A stretch of 64,000 nucleotides of DNA from an uncultured virus (IMG/VR IMGVR_UViG_3300043418_000182). Taxonomy: Duplodnaviria > Heunggongvirae > Uroviricota > Caudoviricetes > Schitoviridae. The notes under the pieces were generated by a model. The model was not told the origin of the DNA. It did not search any database and was given only the letters and a program-made list of their open reading frames with translations. Position numbers and translations under genes: made by a program. Below, piece after piece: positions 54,303 through 63,777 of the stretch (positions are counted from its first letter, which is position 1; every line of letters starts with the position of its first letter). Location: the IMG/VR virus record IMGVR_UViG_3300043418_000182. One strand, 5' to 3'.

Positions 54303-56938
54303 GCTGTCTCCATTTCTTGCATGGCTTTCTTGCACGCCTCAGCGATCGTTGATTGATCTGCGTTGTTGGGCAAGGTGATGGGATGTGCCCAGTCTGGCCA
54401 AAAGATGTCCAGAGCAGCACCCAGCTTCACAGTTGGATGTTGGATCTCAGGCAACTCTTGCCATTGCATGGACTTGATGAGCTCACGGTTGGCCCATTCC
54501 ACAACGTTGATGTCGTCCTTCATCAGGATGTAAATCGCGTCATGGATGAGAGCCACTGGCTTGATGTCGAGTCGGTACTTGGATGCCCAGACCTTCTTCA
54601 TGAAGTCCACCGCAGCACGGTTGTTCAATAGGCCATAGGATTGGCCCAATGCGTTACCGGCAGTGCGTCCTTCTGCTGCAGCTTCATAGGGCATGCCCCG
54701 GGTACCAAACACCACTTGCGAAAGCAGGGGAGTACGGACCCTCAAACCAAATGCCACCTCAACGTAGCCGTCCTTGGCAGCCTGGTGGAGCCGCTTTTGA
54801 ACGTAGGCATCACTGACCTGGTAAAGATCGTGATAGCCCTTCTCGATTGATTTGGCTTTGTCTTCGGGCCAGCCCAAGTTGCTCATCATGCCGTGGTAGG
54901 TACCGCCGTAGGTCAACAAAAAAGTAGGAGCTTTTGAGTCCTGACGGAGCTCTGGAAATTCCTTTTTGATTGTGTTGACTGACTTGGGGTCATCCAGGTC
55001 AATATGAGGCACCTGGTCACGGAAGTAGTAGGCTGCGCGCAAGCAGTGACCGTCAAAACCTTTTTCGTAGACAGCAAGCTTGTTGGGATCCTTGGTGGTC
55101 AGTGCAGAGATGTAGTCTTCAAGCGAGTTGAAGTCAGCACCGCCAAACAGCCAGCCAATAGGAGCTTTGAAACACGTCTTGATGATCTTGCCAAACTCAG
55201 AGCCTGCAGGCAGGTTCTGCATGTTGGGATCAGAAGAGCTAAGTCGGCCAGAGACCGTACCACCCAAATTGAACGAGCCATGCAAGTACCGCATGCCATC
55301 GGCTTTCATCACACCACGCTCAAACGCAGGGATGAAAGTGCTCAGGATTTTGGTGACCTTGCCGTAACCAATCAGCGCTTCAAGGATTTCCTTGTAGGCT
55401 GGTTCGTTGGTGTGGTTGATCAGTTTTTCGATCGTCTCTCCGCCTGTCGCCGGCTGCTTCGTGTCTGTGAGGTCAAGGACTGGGAGCCCCATTTGCTCAT
55501 AGAGCAGTCTTTGAAGTTGGGGACCACTGTTAGGGTTAAAAGCAACACCAGCGAACTTTTCAATCGGATGCTGTTTGATCTTAAGTTTTGCATTGGCTTT
55601 TTCCATTTCGCTTTGCTGCAAAAGCAGGTTCAGCATTTGAATCACTGGGCTGTTGTGGATTGCATCGTAGTGACGTTGCTGCTCCCAAACCAGTTCTGTT
55701 TTGACTTGCTGGATTCGGTTGTCTGACATGGGCATGCCTGTCAATTCCAACTGAATGATCAACTTCAAGCTTGGCATCATCAACGTCTGGTAGATGTTGA
55801 GCTGCTGGTCTTGCACCATGGTGGGCCAGAATTTCTCAGCCACATAGTTGGTCGACAAAGCATCCACCAGGTTGTATTGAAGAAGCTCAGGCAACGGAAT
55901 CTTGCGAATGTCCTTGATGTCTTCCTTGGCCCAGTTGCCTGCAAACTCATGAGCAAGGCTTTTCAAGCCCAACACGTTGCCAGCAGTGGAATTGGTGGCC
56001 AAGTACGCAATGATCTTTGTGTCATGAAACCTGCGAGTCATCAATTCCAAACCATCCAGCAATCCTGCTGTGTCCAGCAAGTCGTGCATGAACAGTGTGT
56101 AGATGATCACGCACACGTCGTAATCTGCTTTGTGGAAAATCAACTCACCTTGGTAGGTCGAAAAGAATTCACGCAGCAGAGAACGCACACCACGGTTGAT
56201 CAATTGCAGGCCATGAAAGCCGTCTTTAAGATCAATAGCAGCACATGGGTTTGGATGCTTGTCTCTCTCGATGTAATCACAAGCAAACGCAATGCCGTTG
56301 TGCTTGTCCCAGGCAAAAGCAATGGTGCCAATACCAGCTTCGTCAAATGCCAGCGAGAAGGCTTCGATGTCACAACTGAGGCTTGGGTATTGGTGCAGTG
56401 ATTTGAGAGCTTCAGCGATGTCGTCAATGGATTCTGGGTACTGCGCGCTGTGAATAATGTTCTGACCCAGCGCTTGGTAGTTGCCAGCCAGCGATGAAGC
56501 CAAAGTATGCAAGCTCAAATCGAGTTTGGCTTGCAACGATGGGTTGTAAATCAACTGCTGGTAATTCAAAGCAAGCACCACATTCATGTGCTCGTAGCCT
56601 TTGACTTTGCAAGGCAGCACGTAACCAAAATGAGGATCTGCTTTGGATTGCCCAGTGAGCGTTTTGAAGTAGTTTGAGTCCGCTACGTAGAGATGCTTGA
56701 CACCCACCTGATCCAATGCAGGCAGCAGGTTGTCCAGATACTCTTTGATGAACTTGGCTGGCGCTTTGCCATCGGGGTTGTACTTGACGGTGAAAGCAAT
56801 GATGTCGCTTTCAGAAACACCACGCTTCACCAGCGGGTCAATGTAGTTGATGCGCAGTTCGCTCTTGTTGAAAGAAGTACCTTTCACAAGGACAGCAATG
56901 CTGTACGAAGTGTTTTCGGTGAAGATGTGGTGTCTCAT
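54299..56938 (-). CDS. family A DNA polymerase (N4 gp39-like)
   Basis: Exo I DIEAF, GRLSSSDPNMQN, motif A DFNSLE, motif B RQDSKAPTFLLTYG, motif C IHDA. Confidence 0.95.
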   Translation of the reverse strand: MRHHIFTENTSYSIAVLVKGTSFNKSELRINYIDPLVKRGVSESDIIAFTVKYNPDGKAPAKFIKEYLDNLLPALDQVGVKHLYVADSNYFKTLTGQSKADPHFGYVLPCKVKGYEHMNVVLALNYQQLIYNPSLQAKLDLSLHTLASSLAGNYQALGQNIIHSAQYPESIDDIAEALKSLHQYPSLSCDIEAFSLAFDEAGIGTIAFAWDKHNGIAFACDYIERDKHPNPCAAIDLKDGFHGLQLINRGVRSLLREFFSTYQGELIFHKADYDVCVIIYTLFMHDLLDTAGLLDGLELMTRRFHDTKIIAYLATNSTAGNVLGLKSLAHEFAGNWAKEDIKDIRKIPLPELLQYNLVDALSTNYVAEKFWPTMVQDQQLNIYQTLMMPSLKLIIQLELTGMPMSDNRIQQVKTELVWEQQRHYDAIHNSPVIQMLNLLLQQSEMEKANAKLKIKQHPIEKFAGVAFNPNSGPQLQRLLYEQMGLPVLDLTDTKQPATGGETIEKLINHTNEPAYKEILEALIGYGKVTKILSTFIPAFERGVMKADGMRYLHGSFNLGGTVSGRLSSSDPNMQNLPAGSEFGKIIKTCFKAPIGWLFGGADFNSLEDYISALTTKDPNKLAVYEKGFDGHCLRAAYYFRDQVPHIDLDDPKSVNTIKKEFPELRQDSKAPTFLLTYGGTYHGMMSNLGWPEDKAKSIEKGYHDLYQVSDAYVQKRLHQAAKDGYVEVAFGLRVRTPLLSQVVFGTRGMPYEAAAEGRTAGNALGQSYGLLNNRAAVDFMKKVWASKYRLDIKPVALIHDAIYILMKDDINVVEWANRELIKSMQWQELPEIQHPTVKLGAALDIFWPDWAHPITLPNNADQSTIAEACKKAMQEMETA

Positions 56939-56946
56939 GGGTCTCC

Positions 56947-57462
56947 TTAGATAAGCAGGTTGGTAACCATCCTGGCTTTCATCATGTCGATGGGTGTTTT
57001 GTTTTGCACTTGCATCTGCAACACGCTTTCATCTGAAAGCTTGTGACGTTGGCAAGGACATGTTGAGATGATTTCCTGCAGCGGATGATGCACCGAGTCA
57101 GGCAGCAGTCTTAGATAGTCACCAAATTCATTGGAGACATTGAGCACCTGGTTGATGAAGCCAATGACATAAGGAAGTTCCTTTTCATTGAGCTCTTTCA
57201 GATCTTTCAGGTACTCATCCATCTGAGGACGCAGCTGAGGCAGCAGACGATTCCAGACGCGGGGAGGAGCCCCGACATCACAGGTGTACACCTCACCCTT
57301 GTAGTTGAACGACTTGTGGCCGTGTCCTGCAAGGAGGGTGTTCCTGATGATGATGGTGTCCAGCCGAGTCTTGAATTGCTTCTGTACTGGTGTGTACAGA
57401 AAATCATAGAGCGTGTCTTTGATTTGCTGCTTGGTGCGAGGATCGTACTGCAGGTTTTCCAT
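56947..57462 (-). CDS. N4 gp38-like hypothetical protein
   Basis: Lies between helicase and DNA polymerase, as in N4-like phages. Confidence 0.65.
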   Translation of the reverse strand: MENLQYDPRTKQQIKDTLYDFLYTPVQKQFKTRLDTIIIRNTLLAGHGHKSFNYKGEVYTCDVGAPPRVWNRLLPQLRPQMDEYLKDLKELNEKELPYVIGFINQVLNVSNEFGDYLRLLPDSVHHPLQEIISTCPCQRHKLSDESVLQMQVQNKTPIDMMKARMVTNLLI

Positions 57463-57483
57463 GGTCTTCTCTAAGGGTTTGGG

Positions 57484-58734
57484 TTAAACCAAATCTCCGG
57501 TCAAGAAGACTTGGTGACGAGCACGGCTAATGCCGACGTACAACATGCGAGCAATTTGATCTCCTGAGTTGCAACGACTGATGTCGTCGAGATCAACAAA
57601 CACACGATCAAATGTAGACCCTTGGGCCTTGTTGATTGTGCAAGCATAAGCAGCACGCAGATCAATCCATTGCATCTCAATTTCTGAGACGATGTAGATC
57701 TCGTTTTCTGCTCTGGCTTTCTTGATGCGTGCGTTCTTGGACTCTAAAGTCTTGGGCATGAACACACGGGAAACGTGATCAATGGTGAACCAGTTACCCA
57801 ACACGTCATGCACTGTTTCGTCTTCGCTGATACCAGTGATCTGAACCAGTTGGTCAGTCTTGATACCTATTCGGCCGACAGTGATAAACGAGTTGCACAC
57901 AGCGTAGTCATCCACTTGAAAGTGCGGATCGCCTTTCACATGGTTGCGCACAAAGTGGTTGTAGCCGATTACACATTTGTTGGTCCAAGCCAAGATTTTA
58001 GAATCCTGGTATCGCCAGTCAGGTCGAGTAAATTCTTGCTCGATGGCGGTATTGAACTCATCTCGTGAAAGGTACTTGACGGCTTCACCATCGGGAACGA
58101 AGCTGAAGAATTCTCCTGTGTTAACGGTGTGACGAAACTTGGTAGACAGCTCCACGATGGGATTGCCTTCAGCTTGTCGAACCACGGTGGTCAATGCGGC
58201 ACCACCGAAGTTGGCATCGAACACAGGGGTGCCTGTGCTCTTGACCGGTGTCAGCTGAGCAGGGTCACCGATGAACACCACCTTACAGTCACGAGTCATC
58301 TTGAAAATGAAGCCCAGCAACTGCTTGTCTACGTAGCTTGCTTCATCAATGAAGAGCAGGTAGCCAGATTTTTGTTCTTGGTTTCGAGGGATGAGTGTAG
58401 TGACGTTGGTTTTGAAATCCGTCTGTACACGCAAGCCTAGGAACGAATGAATCGTGTTGGCTGGGTAACCAGTGATCGAGCCAAGGTTCTCCGCTGCTTT
58501 GTTGGTAGTAGCGGTGAGCTCGATTTGGTAGTCGGGCTGGCTTGGGTTGATGAGTCGTGCGGCTTGCATGAACTCAGGGACGTGGTCGATGATGGTTCGC
58601 ACCAAAGTTGACTTGCCACAGCCTGAGTAACCGGAGAGCACAAATACTGTTTCGATTGGGTCAAGAAGGAATTGGTGAAACGCATCAAGTGCTTTCTGTT
58701 GGTCGTCTGTGAGAGTGATGGTTGCGGTGGTCAT
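57484..58734 (-). CDS. SF1B (Dda/RecD-like) DNA helicase
   Basis: GYSGCGKS, TATTNKAA, IDEAS, GDPAQL, VVRQ, YACTINKAQGST, LYVGISRA. Confidence 0.93.
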   Translation of the reverse strand: MTTATITLTDDQQKALDAFHQFLLDPIETVFVLSGYSGCGKSTLVRTIIDHVPEFMQAARLINPSQPDYQIELTATTNKAAENLGSITGYPANTIHSFLGLRVQTDFKTNVTTLIPRNQEQKSGYLLFIDEASYVDKQLLGFIFKMTRDCKVVFIGDPAQLTPVKSTGTPVFDANFGGAALTTVVRQAEGNPIVELSTKFRHTVNTGEFFSFVPDGEAVKYLSRDEFNTAIEQEFTRPDWRYQDSKILAWTNKCVIGYNHFVRNHVKGDPHFQVDDYAVCNSFITVGRIGIKTDQLVQITGISEDETVHDVLGNWFTIDHVSRVFMPKTLESKNARIKKARAENEIYIVSEIEMQWIDLRAAYACTINKAQGSTFDRVFVDLDDISRCNSGDQIARMLYVGISRARHQVFLTGDLV

Positions 58735-59066
58735 GCAAATTCTTTGGTAGTTTGTTGCAGCGTTCGGCTGTCCTGCAGTTCTTGCAACGTGATGTTTAAA
58801 AGGCGCGCTACTTTGATGTCTTCGTAGTGCGAGTGTGCAAGTGATGAAACACGAATGCTGTCTTTGTCCAAAGGACCGATAAACGGTTCTTTGCCGTAGT
58901 CGTCGTTCATCATTTCAGCGTCTTTTAACGCATTGATGAAAGCAATGCCGGCGTCGTGAGGCAAGACCAATTTGCGGTTGTACGAAAGCTCAACAACAAA
59001 AAAATTGGCTTGCTTTTTGCTGTTTACTTTTTTGATGGCATCAAGAATTTCAAGCTCAGACTTCAT
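58731..59066 (-). CDS. hypothetical protein
   Basis: Coupled ORF. Confidence 0.6.
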   Translation of the reverse strand: MKSELEILDAIKKVNSKKQANFFVVELSYNRKLVLPHDAGIAFINALKDAEMMNDDYGKEPFIGPLDKDSIRVSSLAHSHYEDIKVARLLNITLQELQDSRTLQQTTKEFA

Positions 59067-60177
59067 ATTTGATTACCTTTCCAAATGGAGCTTCGAACTT
59101 GTCGTTGTCATGGATGAGCCATAGCACTTCACTTTTGGTGGTGAGTTCGCTAAAGTTGAAGTAGCCATCGGTAAACACAATCAACAGCTGAGGCTTATTG
59201 ACATTGGCCCATTCGAGAACGGGATCAATGTATGTACCACCACGGCCGCTGAAATTCATGTTCATCAAGTCTTTGACGTTTTTCACATCAGCCACTAGCT
59301 TCAGCTCGGTGTCGAACTGAATCATCGTGATCTTTTCTGGCTTCATCATTCGAAGAATCGAATGAGTCTCCGTCACGAATCGGTTGAACTCGTGATCGGA
59401 TACGGAGCCAGAGGTGTCCACTGCAATGGCCAGGTTCATCAGGTTTTCACCAAACAAGCTGGGCAAATAGTGACGAGGAAAGAACCTGCGATTGGGTTTG
59501 CGGAACGAGTAATCGTTCTTGGCAAACGTGCGCAAATACTTCAGCAAAATTTTGTTCCATGGCAGCTTGGGTGTAAGCAAGCGATCCAGGAAGATTTGAA
59601 TTTCACCAGGGATGGTGCCCGGTGCATCGTTGCTCATCTTGGATTGCATGGCTGCTTGACACAGGATGTCTTGCATGTCTGAAGCCAGTTGCTCAGATGC
59701 TGCAGGGCTGCCATCTCCAGGAGCTTCCAGGTCTTCTCCGAAGCCAGCCATGGGTTCGTTATCAGGTTGTTCTGGCAACAGGGCATAGACCTCTTCAGTG
59801 CTCATGCCTTTGTACTGGTCGTCAGCCAAGCCCATGCTGGGCATCTTGAAACCACGTTCTTTTAACTGCAGGTTGATGACGTGGTCTGCTGCGACGTTGA
59901 ACTTGCGCTGGTTGAATGATTTGCCGCGCTCCATGTGCAGGTAGGCACAGTGCATGGCCTCATGCAGCATCAGGAAGATTCGTTCGTCATGGCTCAGGCT
60001 CATGAAGAATTCGGTGTTGTAACGCACCTGCGTGCCATTGGTGGCAGCAGTCTTGATGCTGTCATCAAAGATGTGCTTGAGGCTAAAGGCAAGGGTGGTG
60101 AAGAAGGCCGAGTCAGCTCTGGACATCAGAGCAATCTTGGCTTTGTTTAATGCAATATCGTGGGGCAGTTGGGACAT
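59056..60177 (-). CDS. metallopeptidase-like + vWA domain protein (N4 gp25-like, DUF2201)
   Basis: TAATNG, HEAMH, N.A.D..IN; MIDAS DTSGS, GRGGT, TDGY. Confidence 0.9.
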   Translation of the reverse strand: MSQLPHDIALNKAKIALMSRADSAFFTTLAFSLKHIFDDSIKTAATNGTQVRYNTEFFMSLSHDERIFLMLHEAMHCAYLHMERGKSFNQRKFNVAADHVINLQLKERGFKMPSMGLADDQYKGMSTEEVYALLPEQPDNEPMAGFGEDLEAPGDGSPAASEQLASDMQDILCQAAMQSKMSNDAPGTIPGEIQIFLDRLLTPKLPWNKILLKYLRTFAKNDYSFRKPNRRFFPRHYLPSLFGENLMNLAIAVDTSGSVSDHEFNRFVTETHSILRMMKPEKITMIQFDTELKLVADVKNVKDLMNMNFSGRGGTYIDPVLEWANVNKPQLLIVFTDGYFNFSELTTKSEVLWLIHDNDKFEAPFGKVIKYEV

Positions 60178-60207
60178 AGGGCTCTCTTGGTTAAGAGGCC
60201 CATGGCC

Positions 60208-60693
60208 TCATTCTTCTGTGTGTGCAATCAGCTGTTTGAGCCGATAGCGTTTGCCGTATTCGACTTGGTCATCCCAAGGCAGAGATGTGACTTTCTCTTT
60301 GTGATCGAGGATGTACTTCTTAAGTGCCTCAGGCTCATCGAGCAATGCTATGAGTCGGCTCAGATCAGGGTTGAGGTACTCATTGGCTACTTCCTTGCGC
60401 ACGGCGTCACCGTCAGGAGTGAACCGACAGGTTTCGGTTCCTGGTCCGTACTCACTACCTGAGTCCCAATCGCTTTCGAAAGGGATGCCTGCTTTCTCGA
60501 GTGCATCGAGATGGGGCAGCGTTCCGTAGTTCACTTCGTACCAAGTGAAGTGGCATAGGAAGTGAGGATTGTTGGTTGCCTCGCTGTTATGAAATGAATC
60601 ATTGGGCTGGTCCTCTTCTCGTTCGAAGATGGCTAAGGCAGCTTCTTTGTAAACAGACGGTATCGTCAGCGTGACAGAGGTGCGATCACCCAT
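60208..60693 (-). CDS. hypothetical protein
   Basis: MGDRTSVTL...EVNYG; 161 aa. Confidence 0.65.
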   Translation of the reverse strand: MGDRTSVTLTIPSVYKEAALAIFEREEDQPNDSFHNSEATNNPHFLCHFTWYEVNYGTLPHLDALEKAGIPFESDWDSGSEYGPGTETCRFTPDGDAVRKEVANEYLNPDLSRLIALLDEPEALKKYILDHKEKVTSLPWDDQVEYGKRYRLKQLIAHTEE

Positions 60694-60697
60694 GATT

Positions 60698-60883
60698 TCA
60701 CCGTTTGGTTTCGAGGTACTTGGTCAAGCGGTCAATGACCACCAGGTAGTACTCAGACATCTTGGCGTGGTATTCGGCCGATGCTTTGGAGTTGAGGAAG
60801 CTGCGGCGCGCTTCTTCCAAGCTCTCCAATGCAATGACATCAGCAGATGGCTTTTTGGTTAGGCGTTTGATTGTTTCGAACAT
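60698..60883 (-). CDS. hypothetical protein
   Basis: MFETIK...LEEARR...AEY...M..Y....I.RL. Confidence 0.65.
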   Translation of the reverse strand: MFETIKRLTKKPSADVIALESLEEARRSFLNSKASAEYHAKMSEYYLVVIDRLTKYLETKR

Positions 60884-60893
60884 GTTTACTTTC

Positions 60894-60924
60894 AAAAAGA
60901 AAGCCACCTGTAACAGTGGCTTTC
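60894..60924 (-). terminator. intrinsic terminator
   Basis: Minus strand GAAAGCCAC-tgttacag-GTGGCTTTC followed by TTTTT. Confidence 0.75.
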
Positions 60925-60930
60925 CTGGTT

Positions 60931-61944
60931 TTAGAACAGACTTGCTGCTGACTCGGAGACCCATTTTTGCACCGATGGATGAGACATCATGGTCTTGTTT
61001 CGTCGGATGGTTTCACGCATGGTGACCACCTGAAATTCCACAGGCAAACGCTTGATGAACTTCATCATGGAATCGAAGTTTTCCTTGGTAGCGTTGTGAG
61101 CCAATGAGCCTGTCAGGGCAAACAAGATTGAAGGCTCTTGCGGTACCTTGATGGCTTCAGGTGTGGCCACAATCTGCGCTGGCTTGGGCAAGTCAGCATA
61201 GATTTTGCAGAAGGTTGTGAACTCACGAGCCACCCCCTCAGACAAGGTGCCGGCCAGCATAGGCAAACGTTCAGGTGCACCATCCGCCGTCACTTTGAGG
61301 ACGCGGTTGGCAAACTCCCAGGTACGTGGGCAAGCATAAGTCTTGTCCGTGTGGTCTGGGGTGAACGTGTACAGCTGGCCGGGCTTGAACTTCACGTAAT
61401 CGGTGATGCGGTGATCGATGTCATTGGCCGAAGCCCATTCCACCCACTCATTGGCATCCACCATAAGCTCCATGTGCACCAGGCGAGACTGCAGGGCAGT
61501 GCTCATAGGTTGCACAATGGCGTTGTCTGTCTCCAAGTTGCCGGCTGCCACGATCGCTACACGATCATGAAGCTGATGGCTGCCCACCTGACGGTCCAGG
61601 ATCAGCTTGTAGGCCGCTGCTTGAATGGCTGGAGGCGCTGAGGTGGCCTCATCCAGAAAGAGCATCCAGCCGCTGAAACCAGCAGGCACAGCATCACCTT
61701 GGATGGGGAAGTGCTTCATGGGCACGTAGTCAGCCTTGCCACCTTCAATGGTGGGAAAGCCTGCCAAGTCAGTTGGATCGCATTGGCTCAAACGAAGGTC
61801 GATGACCTTGAGGTTATGTTCCTTGGCGATCTGATAAATGACTTGAGATTTACCGCAGCCAGGTGAGCCCACAAGCATGGGCACCAGCTTGGCACGGATG
61901 TAGGAGGTGAGCATGGCGCTCGCCTGAGAGATTTTTACTTGCAT
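60931..61944 (-). CDS. MoxR-like AAA+ ATPase (N4 gp24-like)
   Basis: GSPGCGKS, LFLDE, AAGN, CPRTW; partner of the vWA protein. Confidence 0.9.
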   Translation of the reverse strand: MQVKISQASAMLTSYIRAKLVPMLVGSPGCGKSQVIYQIAKEHNLKVIDLRLSQCDPTDLAGFPTIEGGKADYVPMKHFPIQGDAVPAGFSGWMLFLDEATSAPPAIQAAAYKLILDRQVGSHQLHDRVAIVAAGNLETDNAIVQPMSTALQSRLVHMELMVDANEWVEWASANDIDHRITDYVKFKPGQLYTFTPDHTDKTYACPRTWEFANRVLKVTADGAPERLPMLAGTLSEGVAREFTTFCKIYADLPKPAQIVATPEAIKVPQEPSILFALTGSLAHNATKENFDSMMKFIKRLPVEFQVVTMRETIRRNKTMMSHPSVQKWVSESAASLF

Positions 61945-61956
61945 GGGGTTCCTTGG

Positions 61957-62370
61957 TTACCACCAACTGTCATAAACAATGGCACCGCCCTCGGCGAATA
62001 CCTTGCGTGCTTTTTGAACGAACTCAAGGACTTCTTCCTTGTCTTCGTCACTGAACTCATCCTTGTCACCAAAAAAGAAACCACCCTTGGCAGGTAGTGC
62101 TTTCATTTTGGCCATGGACTCCAGACGATCAATGTCATCTGGCATCACACGAACAGTGCTGCAGTTGAAGTCTTCATCCTTGCCACCTTTGGCACGGTAA
62201 AGACTCTCCATCCAGCCGTGGAGGTGGTTGAACTTTCGCCAGTAGGCAAAGTCACCATCCACACCTTCGATGGGTTGGCCGTCGGCATAGAGCTTTTCAG
62301 CCACGTCCACCTGGTCGGTGTCTTGCAGGATGTCTTTGCGCACTGAGTACGCGTACATGTCGAGTCCCAT
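61957..62370 (-). CDS. conserved phage hypothetical protein
   Basis: MGLDMYAY...YWRK.N.LHGWM...FNC...GFFFG...YDSWW. Confidence 0.75.
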   Translation of the reverse strand: MGLDMYAYSVRKDILQDTDQVDVAEKLYADGQPIEGVDGDFAYWRKFNHLHGWMESLYRAKGGKDEDFNCSTVRVMPDDIDRLESMAKMKALPAKGGFFFGDKDEFSDEDKEEVLEFVQKARKVFAEGGAIVYDSWW

Positions 62371-62378
62371 GGGATTCC

Positions 62379-62564
62379 TTAAGCGCTGAGTTTCAGCAGG
62401 GTGTTGTGATAGGTCATCAGCAGACTGAACATTTCGTTCTTGTCTGTGATGGGGAGTTTTGATTCAGCGAAGTCGACGACTTCTTGAAGGCTTCCCAATG
62501 TAGGGAAGAGCGCCATAGGCACCGCACGGAGTAGCGGGTGAGAATTACTTACGGGTTTGGGCAT
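62379..62564 (-). CDS. conserved N4-like hypothetical protein
   Basis: LFPTL.SL.EV...AES.LPI...N....LLMTYHNTLL. Confidence 0.7.
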   Translation of the reverse strand: MPKPVSNSHPLLRAVPMALFPTLGSLQEVVDFAESKLPITDKNEMFSLLMTYHNTLLKLSA

Positions 62565-62871
62565 TGGTTTGTTTGGGGGTTCGCCAAAAGATTGCTTTGA
62601 GCATGCACTGCACTTTTTCAACAAAAGTCAGTTCAATCATGTCAATGTGGAGTACTGGTTCAGATTTAACTGGTGCTGGAGCGGTCGTTACACCTTCGCT
62701 CTTCGTCCTACGGACTCGAGCTCGGTTCACTCCCTCCTCAACTAACACTCGTTGAATAGTTCGAATAGACACATCAAAACGATTGGCCAGTTCTTCACAG
62801 CTAGTGAGATGAACGTTGTAAGCAAAAGCTACGTGGATCTTTTGTTCTTCTGTTAAACATTTAACTGTCAT
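62545..62871 (-). CDS. helix-turn-helix DNA-binding protein
   Basis: ELANRFDVSIRTIQRVL HTH. Confidence 0.75.
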   Translation of the reverse strand: MTVKCLTEEQKIHVAFAYNVHLTSCEELANRFDVSIRTIQRVLVEEGVNRARVRRTKSEGVTTAPAPVKSEPVLHIDMIELTFVEKVQCMLKAIFWRTPKQTNAQTRK

Positions 62872-62880
62872 GGCTGGTCC

Positions 62881-63213
62881 TTAGTTTTTAACACCGTGCT
62901 CTTCGGCAACGGTTAAAAGAGCTTGGCTCAGTGTGTTGAAGTGGTTCAACGCTTTCTGAGTTGGAAACAAGTACTTGGTACGGCGGTTCTCGCCTTCGTA
63001 CTGGTGGTAGATCAAACCTGCTTTGCGCAGATCGTCCAACTTACGGTGCAGAGTTGCAGGTGAAGCAATCTCTTGTAGATCCATGCACTCTGTAACAGTC
63101 AATGCTTCATGTGCTGCACAGGTGGCGATGATCTCTAGTAAGCGAAGAGCGGTTAAATCAACACTCAGTTGGTGTTGTTCCGTGTGGGAGAGGAATTTGA
63201 GATAGGCTGACAT
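62881..63213 (-). CDS. winged-helix (MarR-like) DNA-binding protein
   Basis: LTVTE...ASPATLHRKLDDLRKAGLI...NRRTKYL.PT.KA. Confidence 0.75.
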   Translation of the reverse strand: MSAYLKFLSHTEQHQLSVDLTALRLLEIIATCAAHEALTVTECMDLQEIASPATLHRKLDDLRKAGLIYHQYEGENRRTKYLFPTQKALNHFNTLSQALLTVAEEHGVKN

Positions 63214-63416
63214 TGGTCATGGTCTTTCTTTTTTCGAAAATCGTGTGTTAGTCGGTACTGCAGGATCATTCCCCAAACAGTTCCCCAGATGACCCAGATC
63301 ACTCGAGCGGCAAAGCTCCAGGTTTCAGGGTCTCTGTTCCAGTTGATGATGCCCAGAAGCATGTAAACAGCTGCGTACATGACTGGGTAGGCAATGAGAT
63401 CAAGGTAAGGTTTCAT
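63165..63416 (-). CDS. small membrane protein
   Basis: Two TM segments flanking NWNRDPETWS. Confidence 0.55.
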   Translation of the reverse strand: MKPYLDLIAYPVMYAAVYMLLGIINWNRDPETWSFAARVIWVIWGTVWGMILQYRLTHDFRKKKDHDQCQPISNSSPTRNNTN

Positions 63417-63598
63417 GCCAGGGTTCCTAAAGTTTTTCCAGCCCATTCAAGATACTTGGCAGTGGTCTTGGCAATCTTGCTGGGTTTCTTTTTTGGCTTG
63501 GTTTTTGCTTTTGGCTTTGGTTTAAGTACAGGCTTGGCTGCCTCTACTGGTTGGTCATACTTTGGCCACGGGGCATTGGGTGCAAGTACTGTCTTCAT
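63413..63598 (-). CDS. small basic protein
   Basis: LAPNAPWP motif followed by a Lys/Pro-rich tract. Confidence 0.6.
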   Translation of the reverse strand: MKTVLAPNAPWPKYDQPVEAAKPVLKPKPKAKTKPKKKPSKIAKTTAKYLEWAGKTLGTLA

Positions 63599-63777
63599 GG
63601 TTCATCGTCTTTCTCCACTGGCTCAATTCCTGAGCCGTGGCATTTGTAGCAACTTGAGCCGTCATACATGCCTTCACCTGAGCCACTACATCCTGAACAG
63701 ATTTGGTCTTCGTCCTCATCAAATTCCTCTTCAATGAGGTCTTCGTCAGGATCTACAAGGTCTCGATCTTGTGGCAT
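63595..63777 (-). CDS. small acidic zinc-finger protein (DnaJ-type CxxCxGxG x2)
   Basis: CSGCSGSG...CYKCHGSG. Confidence 0.7.
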   Translation of the reverse strand: MPQDRDLVDPDEDLIEEEFDEDEDQICSGCSGSGEGMYDGSSCYKCHGSGIEPVEKDDEP

